The position numbers and the translations under genes are program-made. 64,000 bases of DNA. It comes from Octopus sinensis (lineage: Eukaryota). The notes beneath the pieces are model-generated. The model was not told the DNA's origin and made no database searches. It saw nothing but the letters and a program-made list of their open reading frames with translations. The stretch lies in assembly GCF_006345805.1 (NCBI RefSeq), contig NC_043022.1, positions 21,948,001 through 22,012,000 on the forward strand, written 5' to 3'. Shown here piece by piece: positions 49,355-63,789 of the stretch (the first letter of the stretch is position 1; each line of letters starts with the position of its first letter).

Positions 49355-50420
49355 AGTTCACTCTTATTCAGCATAGTCCTCTAGGCCCTAACAAAGGAAT
49401 TTTAAAACTGGTTGCCCATGGGAACTACTAGATACTGATGACCCCACTCTTACAGTAGAACTGGAGGAGAAATTCCAGTGCACACAGGAACGTTAACAAA
49501 GAAAGCCATCTTCATGTGTGGCAGATCTGCAGGAACAATAAGAATCTCTCAAATGTCCAGGAGGCACTCTTGAGGTTGTTGATAGTTTCTTTTACCTACT
49601 TGACTAAATTAGCAGAGGTGGATGATGTTCTGAAAGTATTGTTGCTAGAATTAGAATAGGATGGAAGTTCAGAGTACTATTACCTCTGTTAGCAACAAAA
49701 GGAGTCTCTCTCTCAGAGAGAAAGGTATGATGCCTGTGTATGAATAGTGATACTCCATGGTAGTGAGACATAGGCTCTGAATGCAGAGGACATATGTAGA
49801 CTAGTGAGGAATGTAGCTAGTATGCTTTGATTGATATGCAACATCAGGGTGTATGTATAACAAAGAACAAATGTGCTGTGGAGGCACATGGCCTAGTGGT
49901 TAGAGCAGGGGACTCGTGGTCGAGGGATTGCAGGTTTCAATCTCAGACCGGGCGATGTGTGTGTTTATGAGCGAAACACCTAAGCTCCACGCGGTTCTGG
50001 CAGAAGGTAATGGTGAACTTCTGCTGTACTCTTTCGCCACAACTTTCTCTCACTCTTTCCTACTGCATCTTGCAGCTCACCTGCGACGGACTGGCATCCT
50101 GTCCAGGTGGGGAACCTATACGCCAAGAAACCGGGAAACCGGCCCTTATGAGCCAGGCATGGCTCGAGAAGGAACAAACAAACAACAAATGTGCTGAGAG
50201 ACATTAGAGGAATCAGATACAGCATGCAAGAGAGAAGACTACATTGGTTTGGACATAAGATGCATATGAATGAAGACAGCTGTATAAAGAAGTACCAACC
50301 GCTTCAAGTGGATGGCAATTGTGGAAGAGGGAGACCCAGGAAGACATGGGATGAAGTGGTGAGGACAGTTTTCAAGATGTTGGGCCTCATGAACAAGATG
50401 ACAATGGATTGAGATGTCTG
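49355..50420 (+). mobile_element. RTE LINE RT and C-terminal fragment, interrupted by an S3 SINE
   Basis: KEFKTGCPWELL, LEVVDSF, ILHGSET, ERRLHWFGH, GRGRPRKTWDEVV. Confidence 0.88.
49879..50184 (+). mobile_element. Full-length S3 SINE with TSD
   Basis: tRNA head TGGCCTAGTGGTTAGAGC, V-like GCGACGGACTGGCATCCTGTCCAGG, (CAAA)n tail; TSD ACAAATGTGCTG at 49867-49878 and 50185-50196. Confidence 0.9.
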
Positions 50421-52507
50421 GCTATATGATGGATGTTCTTAAGAAGACTCACCCACCTCAGCAAAACTGAGTTCTGGGAATGCTGTGTGTCCCACCTACA
50501 TGTAACCTTAAAACTTTTCACATACCCTACCCCAATAAACCAAACTACATCACCTGTGTTCCACCACATCTTCATCACATTTCCTCTTTTTCATGCACTA
50601 TATTATCTCCCCCTCCCCCTCCTGCAACCCAATCCAGTCCTCTTTGCCAACTGTATCATTGCTATTCTTTTGTCCCCCCCCCCCACTCTATATACTCAGC
50701 TTTCACCAGTCGCTGCACCCCCCTCCAACTTTGCATTTGCATAAGCTCCCTACTTGTGCACCCTCAGCAATGTTCTTCCATTCCATTTATATCCTTGTTC
50801 CTGTACATTGAAATTATGCCTTGGCATATCGCCACCTTCTCTCTCACTCCTTCTCACCCTTGCTCTCTCACTCTCTCCCACTGACTAAGGTAACCATGTA
50901 CCTCTTCTACTGCAAGACACCCATTTCTGTCCCTCTGTCATAATCTTTCATCACGTGGCATAAAATCACCTTCTCCAATATCTCCCCGACCACACTCAAA
51001 GGGTCTTCATCTTGCAAGTTGCTTGGTGACTGCAGTGGTGCTGGTGCCATGTAAAAAGCATCCAGCTGTACAAACTATGCCGAATCTGACCTTGCCACTG
51101 CTGCTACCATGTAAAAAGTAACCAACCCACTCTGTAAAGTGGTTGGCATTGAGGAGGGCATCCAACCATAAAAACCATGCTAAAGACTTTACCAGTGCTG
51201 GTGCCATGCACAAAGCACTTAGTCCACTCTGTAAAGTGTTTGGTGTTAGGAAGTGCATCCAACTGTAAAAATTATGCCAAAAAAAGACAGTAGAGCCTGG
51301 TGTAGCTTCAAGATTTTGATGAGGTGATTGTTTATATCTAGAATGTCATTGTAGGGTGTGTATGAGAGGCCAGACCTGGCCAGTATATAAAACAAGTAGA
51401 ATATTTAGGCCAGATATGTCTGGTTTAAATACTAAAGGGTTAATTATAGGTCTGTTGGATCTGGACTAATCTGGAGAAACAACTGTATGTGTGAGTGGAG
51501 ACTGAAGCAAGAAGATACTGCTTCATCACCCCCTCCCAACACACATATACACACACACACACCATCTCTAACTCCACTGATCTTCGAGTGCTCCCTGGAA
51601 ATTGGAGGAGAGAGCCTGTTGTTCCTTCCACCCACCCAGGCCAACAAAGACATCTGGCAGCTGTTTAAATAACAATTACAACAACAGGAACTGTCAGATG
51701 GACAACATCCCATGTCTCTCAGACAGAACCCATGTTGTTGTGATTGCTGGGGACCTGATAGTGTGTGTGTGTGGGGGGGTCTGTTGTTGTTGGATATGTG
51801 GAGCTAGTCCTCCTCACATACATACACCTACATAGTAACATTTTAAAATACATAGATACACAAACGTATACACACAGCAAATATAAATATACATGAATGC
51901 ATAATCATACACACACACAACATAGATGCACGCATATATCACATATACATACAAAAATCACTGCACACACACACACACATACACACGCAAACACACACAT
52001 GATGCAATGAGGGAACTTCCACATAATCACTTGTCCTACTAAAAATAGTAGCCAAAATTCCTCAAGTGACACCAACCTTAATGTTTCAGGATAAAAGAAA
52101 AGAATACATTAGATAATGTAGTTCTAGACACAGTCCTAAGAAGATGGATTGGTCATGGCTGGAAACATTTTGGTGATACACCTGATCTATCGAGGTTGAC
52201 GAGGGGCAAAACAAAATTCATCATGTGCACAAGACTCCTATACACACACATGAAGTGTGTGTGTGTGAGAGAGAGAGAGAAAGAAATAGACATATATAAA
52301 TATATATATAGGGAGAGAGAGAGATTCAATGAGGGAGCCTTGTAACTTATTACCATGATATGCCTAAAGCAGCAGCTTAACTCACTTAAATTACACAGCT
52401 TAGCAAAAGGACAGGATTCAATCCACATAAGAAAACAGATAAGGTGGTCACTAAAGAGATGCCTTTGATCATTGGCACATACATATATGTATATATATAT
52501 ATGTGTG

Positions 52508-52561
<54 letters not shown>

Positions 52562-55224
52562 TACACATATTATATTTATAAATCCCACTGGGTCTACCTC
52601 AGGAATTCCTCAATAGCCACAACCACCAGGTGTATACCTTAGTTTTAATTAACGACTTACATATATTTTATATGTATGATTATATACACACACACACACA
52701 CACACACACTATATATATTATTTCTTTACTACCCACAAGGGGCTAAACACAGAAGACACCAACAAGGAAGACAAAGGATTAAGTCGATTACATCGACCCC
52801 AGTGGGTAACTGGTACTTATTTAATCGACCCCGAAAGGATGAAAGGCAAAGTCGACCTCGGCGGAATTTGAACTCAGGCGTAACGGCAGACGAAATACGG
52901 CTACGCATTTCGCCCGACGTGCTAACGTTTCTGCCAGCTCGCCGCCTTAAACACATATATATATATATACACACACACATAACTCACGGCTTAAATATAT
53001 ATCTTTATACACACACACATATATATATACACAAATAGATAAAAAAACAAACATACATCACCATTCTACTAGTAGGTATAAAATATATAAAGACACAATA
53101 CATACTATCACTACCACTCTAGAAACACCAGTCTTACAAGGACACACCCCACCACTCATCACCACTACCCTACAGGCATACATACCCCCCACACACTGTA
53201 ACAATACAACTATTCTATATTACCAGTACCACCTCACATACATACCATTACTCTTGACAAATCACCACCATCACATCTATCATCCCAGGCACACCATCAC
53301 CACCCCAGGAACACAATTCTAGATACACCACCCAAACACCACTACCACCACCGCCCTGTTGACCAGACATCTCCCAGATACACCCACAGAGATGAGAAGT
53401 GACAACCTACCTGGTGCCATGCAGAATGATAAGCCAAAGTAGTAAACATTATTATTATTATTATTGTAGCCAGAGAAAGCAAGAGAATAGCCATGTTGTC
53501 AGTTGAAGACTTTTACTTGATGTCTTCCTACATGAGGGAGAGTGAGAAGACAGGAGGGTGGACAGTCGCAGGATGGATCAAGGGTGGTGATGGTGGTGGT
53601 GATGGTGCACAGCCACCAACGAAATACTGACAGGAAAACATAATAAGGTCAGAGTTGATGAATAAATATATTTAAGTAAAGTGAATGGAAGGCAGTGGAT
53701 TGGCACAATCAGTAGAGAATTGGACAAAATGCTCTGTGGCATTTCCAGCTATATACATCCCGAGTTCAAATCCTACTGAGATCAAGTTGGCCTTTTATCA
53801 TCTCAGAGCTGATAAAATAAAGTACAAATCCCAGGGCATTGGATTGGATAAACTCTTAGGGTATTAGACAAAATATAGGCGGCAAGTTGGCAGAAACGTT
53901 AGCACGCCGGGCGAAATGCGTAGCTGTATTTCGTCTGCCGTTACGTTCTGAGTTCAAATTCCGCCGAGGTCCACTTTGCCTTTCATCCTTTCGGGGTCGA
54001 TAAATTAAGTACCAGTTATGCACTGGGGTTGATATAATTGACTTAATCCGTTTGTCTGTCCTCTCTGTGTTTAGCCCCTTGCTGAAACAAATTTAATCAG
54101 AGTGTAAACAAACCAGAAATGGGGGATCAACGTTTCATCGTTTCGGGGTCAATAAATTAAGTACCAGTTACGCACTGGGGTTGATATAATTGACTTAATC
54201 CGTTTGACTGTCCTTGTTTGAACTCTCTGTGTTTAGCCCCTTGTGGGTAGTAAAGAAATAGGTATTAGACAAAACATGTTGCAGTATTTGTTCCATCAAA
54301 GCAGTGTATCCAGGAAGGTGTAGGAGACTTGCCTGTACAAAGCTGACAATACCAAAAGGAAAGCAGCGCAAAACATTCCTCAGAAAGTACAAAGTGCTTA
54401 CCAAGGAGGTTACTAAGGGTCATTCAACAACCGAATGGTACAAAGTAGCAAAGAAAGTAAACGCATCTCTGTCAGCTTCAATGATGAAGTATACCAGTTG
54501 TTTAATCACCAGAACTACCTACAATTATTATATGCATGGTTGAGTATCCCAGAGACATACTCTTTACTCTTAACTCTTTTACTTGTTTCAATCATGTGAC
54601 TGTGGCCATGCTGGAGCACCGCCTTTAGTCGAACAAATCGACCCCCAGGACTTATTCTTTCGAAGCCTAGTACTTATTCTATTGATCTCTTTTGCCAAAC
54701 TGCTAAGTTACGGGGACGTAAACACCAGCATCGGTTGTCAAGTGATGTTGGGGGGGACAAACACAGACACACATACATATACACACACACACATTATAAT
54801 TCCCATTTGCTAATTATGATACATCCTGTAGAGATGAGGGTAATTTTAATAAATGGAAAATTTTTGTTGTATAATATTTGATATGCCAGTATTTGTCTAT
54901 GTAATTCAAATATACACCACTGGCCTCTTTGAGTTATTTCCCATAGCTCATGGAGCAAGACATCTGTTTCTACCTCCCTGTCACACTCTAACCTTTCATC
55001 ATCTGATACTGGATCCCCTCCTCCCATGCCCCCTTCATTAGAGCAAGACACCTGTTTCTGTCTCCCTGTCACACTCTAACCTTTCATCACAAGTTCCCTC
55101 CTCAAATGTCCCTACCTCTCTCAAAATTCCTTGTCTTGTGAGTTCCTTGGTGACTCTGCCAGTGCTGGTGCCATGTAAAAGGCATCCAGTCCACACTGTA
55201 AAGTGGTTGGCATTTGGAAGGGCA

Positions 55225-55535
55225 GTTCATTATGCAGATGACACTAGAGTTGCCATTGGTGCAATGGCAACTGAGTGCATACATTGTAAAGCAAGGAAGT
55301 GGTCTGGAGAGACACCTGCACCGTGCTGCAGTGGTGGGAAGGTTAAACTCCATGCCATCCCCCAACCTCCAGAGCCATTGAAGAAACTGTTGCCATCAAC
55401 TGACCAAGATTCCAAGCACTTCCAAAACAAAATTAGACAATACAACACTGCACTACAGAAGACATTATTTGGAGCCACAAGAGATATGATTGAGCCAGGA
55501 TTCATGCAAACTTTCAAGATCCAAGGTCAGATCTA
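55225..55535 (+). mobile_element. Helitron Rep/helicase N-terminal fragment
   Basis: CIHCKARKWSGETPAPCCSGGKVKL...PPEPLKKLL...IRQYNTA...FGA...FKIQGQIY, a typical Helitron Zn-finger/pre-Rep region. Confidence 0.85.
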
Positions 55536-56204
55536 TCTATCTATCTACATCTATACATGTATATATATTTATATGTATGTATATATATATATATGTATAT
55601 ATATGCATACATATATACATGTATATATATATATATGTATACACACACACGTGTATATATATATGCATATATATATGTATACGCACAGACACACACATAT
55701 ATATACACTATAGCCTCAGGCTAATCAAAGTCTTATGAGTGCATTCTGTACACAGAAACTGAAAGAAGACTGCCATATATATGTGCATATTTGTATGTGT
55801 CTGTATTTGTATCTCCACTATCACTTGATAACTGATGTTGCTGTGTTTATGTCCCCATAACTTAGCGGTTCAGCAAAAGACTCTGATAGAATAAGTACTA
55901 GGCTTAGCTTACAAAGAATGAATCCTAAGCAATGCCAGGTATATCTGCTAATTAAATAATATTTAATTCTCACCAGATGGAGTACATCTTTTTGTAGATC
56001 TTACCTTTTCAGAACAGTATACTATTTGTGTGTGTGTGTGTGTGTGTGTTTGTATGTATGTATGTATGTACACAGACACACATATGCATACACACACACA
56101 CACACACACGATGATTACAGTGGTGGTGGTGGTAATGGTGATGATGATAATACAACTGTTAAGGAATGTGAAGATGTAAAGACATCAGTATACATACAGC
56201 ACCA

Positions 56205-56540
56205 TCACCCTCATCACCATCACCCCACCCTCATCACACCCTCATGATCATCACCCCACCCTCATCACCATCATCACACCCTCATCACCATCACCCCACC
56301 ATCATCACACCCTCATTACCATCACTCCACCCTCATCACACCCTCATCACCATCACTCCACCCTCATCACACCCTCATCACCATCACCCCACCATCATCA
56401 CACCCTCATCACCATCACCCCACCATCATCACACCCTCATTACCATCACCCCACCATCATCACACCCTCATTACCAACATCACACCTTCATCACCATCAC
56501 CCCACCATCATCACACCCTCATTACCATGACCTACAACAT
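56205..56540. repeat. (CAT/CAC)-derived compound repeat
   Basis: Recurrent CACACCCTCATCACCATCACCCCACCATCAT units. Confidence 0.9.
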
Positions 56541-58149
56541 TGACAGCATGATGACGACCACCACTATCTATGAGAAATAGCAACCAAATCACTCTTTATC
56601 GTCCTAAAAGAACAACGCACACTGGATAATAGGGCCCCAAATATCTTCAAAAGGTGGAATGGTCATGGCTAGAACACTTCAGAACATAGGTCTGCTAAGT
56701 CAGGCACAAAACACTAACAACTATTTCTTTATTACCCACAAGGGGCTAAACATAGAGGGGACAAACAAGGACAGACAAATGGATTAAGTCGATTACATCG
56801 ACCCCAGTGCGTAACTGGTACTTAATTTATCAACCCCGAAAGGATGAAAGGCAAAGTCGACCTCGGCGGAATTTGAACTCACAACGTAACGGGAGACGAA
56901 ATACCGCAAAGCATTTCGCCCGGCGTGCTAACGCTTCTGCCAGCTCGCCGCAAAACACTAACACCACCACATCACATGCACCATTTGCAAACCACTACCA
57001 CCATTTGCAAACCACTACCACCATCCCTTACTACATATACCATCACCATATATACTACTACTACTACTACTACTATTACAACTGCTATCCCATCTTCATC
57101 ACTAGCACCATCTCTTTGACCATCTACAACACCACCCTCACTTCATACTACTACTACTACTACTACCATGACCATATAATACTATTACCACTAGTACCAT
57201 CACCATATATAATACTACTACTACTACTACTACTACAAATACTGCCTTAGATTCAACCCTCTTCAACACAACCATTATCTACATTATCTCCTCATACCAC
57301 CTGCACCACCATCATCCTTTCTCCTCCTCCTCCTAGCACCACCACCACCAACACTAACACCAACACCATTACTTTGGCATCAATGAAGAGAGAGGGGGAG
57401 TGTTGGAGGGTGGTAATGAAAGGAAGACATCAATTACACATTTCCTGCCTCATCATTGTAATATATTCCCATCACTAAGGACATCATACATAAACTACAC
57501 ACGTCTGGGTCACATGTTAGCCCACATTCCCAAACTACGAAGTGTCTGGGTTATATGTTAGCCCCACACTTTCCAGCTTCTCTAGGTCACTCACTAGCCT
57601 GCACTCTTTATCCACCAAGTCGGGTCAGGTGTTATCCCCAAAGTCGGGTCAGGTGTTATCCATGCTTGCTTTACATCAGACCCACATCTCTACCCAGTGT
57701 ATGTTGTTGCTCCCTACCCCTGAATCATCCCCCCCACCCGGTCTAGCTGATCCATAATGCATAAATACTTGACTAGATCGATAATTTCAGCTATTCCACA
57801 CCTGTCCCAGTCTCGTTATCAGGACCACAACTCACATTCTCACATGCAGTAGTCTCTCCACCATCCATAATATTTCTGTATTTCCATTGTTATTAAGGTG
57901 GAGGCGCGTGGCTTACTGATTAGGGTGTCAGCATCATGATCGTAAGATTGTGGTTTCGGTTCCTGGACCGGGCGATGCGTTGTGTTCTTGAGCAAAACAC
58001 TTCATTTCACATTGCTCTAGTCCACTCAGCTGGCAAAAATGAGTAACGCTGCGATAGACTGGCGTCCCGCCCAGCTGGGGAACACATACGCCATAGAAAC
58101 CGGGAAACTAGGCCCATGAGCCTGGCTAGGCTTTAAAAGGGTGCATTTA

Positions 58150-58490
58150 TCTCTCTATATATAAATGGCAAAATGTCTGTGTGTGTGTCCTTTATACAAA
58201 GCCACAATTTTTCAGGTAGAGGGCTCGCACTTTCTATGGTCATTCAAAACCGTCCAAGGGTGGTCGTGCACATCTTTACATTTCTCCAGTCACCCTGCAA
58301 AGCCATTAAAAAAATCAATAGAAGTGACTTTTTTGTGAATTTTCTATCCAAAACCCAATCAAAATGCCTGAAACTTGCTACGCCAATTGAATGCCAGCTA
58401 GCTGTATGTGATTGGTCGGAGATTTGGACAGTATTCACGTGTATGTGCGCATGCATGCAGCTGTATATGCATGCACTAGCACTGACAAAA
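58150..58490 (+). mobile_element. Probable Helitron 5' terminus
   Basis: A|TC start followed by TCTCTATATATAAATGGCAAAATGTCTGTGTG; no convincing CTRR|T 3' end. Confidence 0.5.
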
Positions 58491-61400
58491 ATTTAAAAAT
58501 TGATGGGAAAAAATGTAAACACCACAAAAATTGCAATAAAAGTTGTGCACAGAAAACAGTACACCAAAAGAGGAAAAGAGTAAGAAGCAGACTGACATTT
58601 CAGGTGAACTCTTAATCAAAACAGAGTAAGAAGTAGGATAAAAGGAACAAGAAAAGAAGCTATACCTATTTGAGGTATGTGTGTATCCTTCTGCTACATA
58701 CTGTAGCAGAAACATGTTAGTTGTTGTTGTTATTTAAATATAGGTCAGGCCAGGCTGAGCAGACTTATGGACAAAGGTGTCCCAGCCTTGACAAACCCAA
58801 CTTTTGTTTTTTTATTCAGAGCCACATTCATCATCATCATCATCGTTTAACATCCGTTTTCCATGCTAGCATAGGTTGGACGATTTGACGGAGGGCTGGC
58901 AAACCAGATGGCTGCACCAGACTCCAATCTTGGTCTGGCAGAGTTTCTACAGTTGGATGCCCTTCCTAATGCCAACCGCTCCGAGAGTGTAGTGGGTGCT
59001 TTTATGTGCCACTGGCATGAGGGCCAGTCCAGCGGCACTGGAAACGACCTCGCTCAAATGTTTTTTCATGTGCCAGTAAGGTGATGCTGAAAGAATATCC
59101 TTCAGTTTTTTTAAAAAGACAAGAGGGAGTGATTTGAGCCAAACTTCGTTTGTATTTCTAGCAGGTTGATTAACCACATAGAAGTCCTTTCACTATAGAT
59201 TGTTGTAGTGGCCGCAGTAAGATTTTGCCAAAGTGCAATAATAACTGGACATATATTTCTTTACTACCCACAAGGGGCTAAACACTGAGGGGACTAAGTC
59301 GATTACATCGACCCCAGTGCGTAACTGGTACTTAATTTATCGACCTCGGCGGAATTTGAACTCAGAACGTAACGGCAGACGAAATACGGCTATGCATTTC
59401 GCCTGGCGTGCTAACGTTTCTGCCAGCTCGCCGCCTGGACATATGTTGACCCTCACTTCACTTTCCACACATCTAGGTCACATAAAATGAATCCCACATT
59501 CTATTCCCAACATATCTGAGTCATCATCATCATCACCACAGATATTAGTGATGATAACATAGACTGGTAGGTGTGACATACTTGAAAGTAGTTATCTAGA
59601 AATATCAAAGCTCACAACTTTTATAATGTAATTATTTACTTTAAGGTTACCTCACCATCAGCACAACCACCATCACCATCACCACCACCACACTGTCACC
59701 ATGACCATCATTACAAATATCAGAGCTTACTGTAAATAATTACACTTCACAAGTTGTAAGGTTACCTCACTAACAACACCATAACCATCACCACCACCAC
59801 TACCACCTTTAACACTCTGATACTATTAACATTACTACCACCAACTACACTATCACTACCGTAGCCATTATCATCTCTCCCATCACACTACTACAACCAT
59901 CACCACCACACCGTCCTACCACTGTCACTAACACCACATCACCATCACTACTATCACTATTACACCAGAACCACCATCATTTATACCCTCACAAGCATCA
60001 CTCTCATTACATTAGCACTACCACCAAAGCATTAATATTAACCACTCCATTGCAATGACCATCACCCAAAATATAAGAGCTTACAAGTTTAGTCAACATT
60101 ATACAGTTACATTAAGGTCACCTCATTCTTATACTCTTACCGCCACCATCAACAACAACCCCATGGCCCTCACTATCAACAATCAATGACAGAAGGAATC
60201 AGTGTTATTTATAAAATGATGAAAATAGCATTGAAGGGTGGCAATGTAAGCATGTATATATGTATGTATATATCTAGGTATGTAAGTATGTATATATCTA
60301 GGTATGTATGAATATCTGTGAATCTAAGTGTGTAAAGGACATATGTAATTAAAATCCCAAAAGTGTCACATAGCATTAATTGACCCTACACACACACACA
60401 CATACAGAGGCCAGGGACACATTCTCCTGTACACACCGACAGTTAGCCAAAAACAAGAAGAGGGGAGAATTGACAATAATATTAAATTAGACAGAGCATC
60501 TACACAAGTGCGCGCACACACACACACTATGTATGTGTGTGTGTGTGTGTATGTGTGTGTTGTGGGGTGGCTGTCTAGGGCATCTGCTTGATGTGTGTAC
60601 GTGATGGGGTGAGATGCCTGACACACTTAACCCCAGTAAGATAACTGGGTAGATTGTAAAGAAATGAGACCAAATATCTCATTTTCTGCAGCCCTTACTG
60701 CTATCTGGCCACTCCGACCACTCCATTGTTGTGTGAACCATGTTGTTGCTATTACTGCTCCAGGGCAGCTGTTATCCAGGTGACCCACAGACCCGTTCTT
60801 CTGGTTATACTATATCTTGCCTATCTTACTGAGGAGGTATACTGCACACTTCAATATGCTGCAGTGCACTGATGCATACAACTGAACTATGACAAAAAAC
60901 AGCTGGTGTTGCAACAGCAGCAAAATGACAGATAACAGGGAATGTAGAGTTTGGTCTTGAAACCTTACTGAATGATAGTACCCCTTCTTCATAGCTTGAT
61001 AAATGAAGTTGGGTTGGAGCTCTGCACCCAATGGAGTCATTGCGGGTATCTTAAAAAATGATGGAGATCATACTTCTCCAGATGTGACCACAGCTGGTTT
61101 CTTCCAGAGAGATAGAGGAGGAGGGGACAAAAAAGGAAGGATGGTGATAGAGAAGGGTACATAGAGGTAAAAGTGAGAGAGAAGGGAGAGAGAGAGAGAA
61201 TGACAAAAGTGAAGAGAGGGGAACTGACTTATAAGGGGTCAACAAATAGCAGTCCCAGTGAGCTGGAATGTATCAACTCCAAACCCACAGCAAGATTTGA
61301 ACTCAGAGTATAAACAGCCAGAATATATACTGTAAGGTATTATATCTGCTGTCCTAACGAATCTTCTGATTCACTACCAGTTAAACATTAGTACTTCTCT

Positions 61401-62096
61401 TACAGTCAGCTATCAAGCATTCCCTCCAGGGGCACACAAAAGGGAGACACTGATAAGTTGCTGCTATTGCTGCTTATAATGATGATGATGATGATGGCAG
61501 TTGTAGTAGTGATGATGATATGGTTCGTGATAGTGGTGATAGTGATAATGATGAAGAGGCTGACAGTGGAGATGATGCTGATGTTGGGATGACAGAGGAG
61601 GTGATTGATGATAATGATGAAGACATGGTAATGTTGAGTATGGCAGCTGAAATTGTAGTGGTGGTGGTGATGACAGTGAAGCCAATAACTACAATGTCCA
61701 TCAGCCTAGCTGGAGCAGACATAATGACTATGATGCTAATGGAGATAGTGATGATTTTGGTCTTTTTGTTCATCATCATCATCATCATCGTTTAATGTCA
61801 GCTTTCCACGCTAGCATGGGTTGGACGATTTGACTGAGGACTAGCAAACCAGATGGCTGCACCAGACTCCAATCGGATCTGGCAGAGTTTCTACAGTCGG
61901 ATGCCCTTCCTAATGCCAACCACTCTGAGAGTGTAGTGGGTGCTTTTTATGTGCCACTGGCACGAGGGCAAGTCAGGCAGTACTGGCAACGGCCACACTC
62001 AAATGGTGCCTTTTATGTGCCACCTGCACAGGAGCCAGTCCAGCGGCACTGGCAATGAGCATGCTCGAATGTTTTTTCACGTGCCAGTAAGGCACT

Positions 62097-62191
62097 TCGA
62101 TTGGAAAATGTTCCGCTTTCCAGCCTGTGTCTTCACATTCCTTGAGGAGGTTTACATAATGGTTAAATTTTTGAGCCCGAGCGGTGTCCAT
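62097..62191 (-). mobile_element. R2/NeSL-like RLE endonuclease fragment joined to element R
   Basis: ARAQKFNHYVNLLKECEDTGWKAEHFPIEV (K...Y..L...GW....PIEV motif). Confidence 0.7.
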
Positions 62192-63145
62192 ATTATAATA
62201 ATGAAATTATTGTATACAGTGCTCAGGTGCACCACAACTTGTCAGACAGTGCATATAAAGCACATGCAGTAATGTACAAATGTCTGGAAAGCGAACAGTG
62301 TACAAGTCAGATACATGCTTGCGTGTGTATGGAGGGGAGAAAATCAGGTGTAGTGTTGGTGAATCTCAGAAAGCATGGAAGTTTTGAAGGATGCAGTGCT
62401 CCGACAACTAACAACTGATGCCAGCAGTTTGTTCCATGCTTCAGCAACAACTATTACAGGTGAACATAAGACAATGGTGATGATGACTGCTACTGCTGCC
62501 ACTGCTATCACCATCATCATCGTTGTCGTCATCATTGTTGGCAATGTTATCATCATCATCATTATCATCATAATTACTTTCAACAGCATCTCTGACAGAC
62601 AGTTATAGGGGAATAGCATAGTTTACCATTTTAACGTTTCCTTCCACTAAATGGCTGGTACTTTATTTTACTGACCTTTGAAGGATGAAAGGTAAAACAG
62701 AACCAAGCGGAATTTCAACTCAGAATTAGCAACAAGACCAGATAAAGAGACAGAAAGATTATCATCTTATCTGTGGCCTTAAATAGTTACACAAACAAAA
62801 TATCTGTGTAAATATATTATATATACACATCCCACACACATTACTGTTACCATACATATGCTACCACCATCACCACCACCTCCGTGTTACTCTCAACCTT
62901 GCCCTGCTTCCAAATGTTAAAGTGGAGGTGGAAGAACGACATCTTGTTCTGCATCACTGTTGAGGGTGGCGGGGGGGGGGAGAGAGAAAGAGAGAAGCAG
63001 GAATGAAGGCAGCTACATCACAACAGTTGAAGAATTGGGAAAACTAGCCTTATCTTCTTGATGAAAAGACAGAAGTGGCAGTGGTGGCCTGACACATCAT
63101 TATTGAAGCTTTGATCAGGATGTGTGTGTGTATGTGTGTGTGTGT

Positions 63146-63197
<52 letters not shown>

Positions 63198-63789
63198 TGG
63201 AAAGATGTGCTTCTGAAACAGCAATGTCAAACACATTACACTCATGCTGGAGCTCTCTCACCCACAGACACACAAACTATCACAAAATATTACACACACA
63301 CACACACACCATTACCCCACACCAAACTCAACCCATATCATACAATCACCACATCCACAATGAACAACTCACACACCACCACCACCACCACCACCACCAT
63401 CATCATCATCACATCTACACACACACACACATACATTAAGAGACAAGTGAAAGGAGAGAGATAACAAAATGATGTTAAAACAACACCACCCACCCCAGGA
63501 TGTCTGAAATACCAACTGAGTTGATACTTCAGATACCATGTGTCTATCTTGTTATATGGGATATCAACACACACATTAATTAATTGATGTTTCCCTTTTT
63601 GTATAAGCATGTATACGAGTGCATATATGGGTATCATGAGTATGTTTGTGTATGCTTGTATGTGTATATAAGTGTATGTATTTATGTATGTATGCATGTA
63701 TATAGACACATATATACATAGATGTTTTCCTGGGGCTAAAAGGAGTAACATCATCCCACATAGGACTGTCACTTTGTGTTCGCAAATAG

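Noticed and set aside
55965-56025. Micro-exon suggested by two donor-like sites (GTAAGA, GTGAGA)
   Set aside because: No adequate polypyrimidine acceptor and no myosin-like peptide.
58660-58715. Small exon after TTTCTGCTACAG
   Set aside because: The acceptor-like sequence is one arm of a 10-bp inverted repeat; the 35-nt exon would shift the frame and has no homology.
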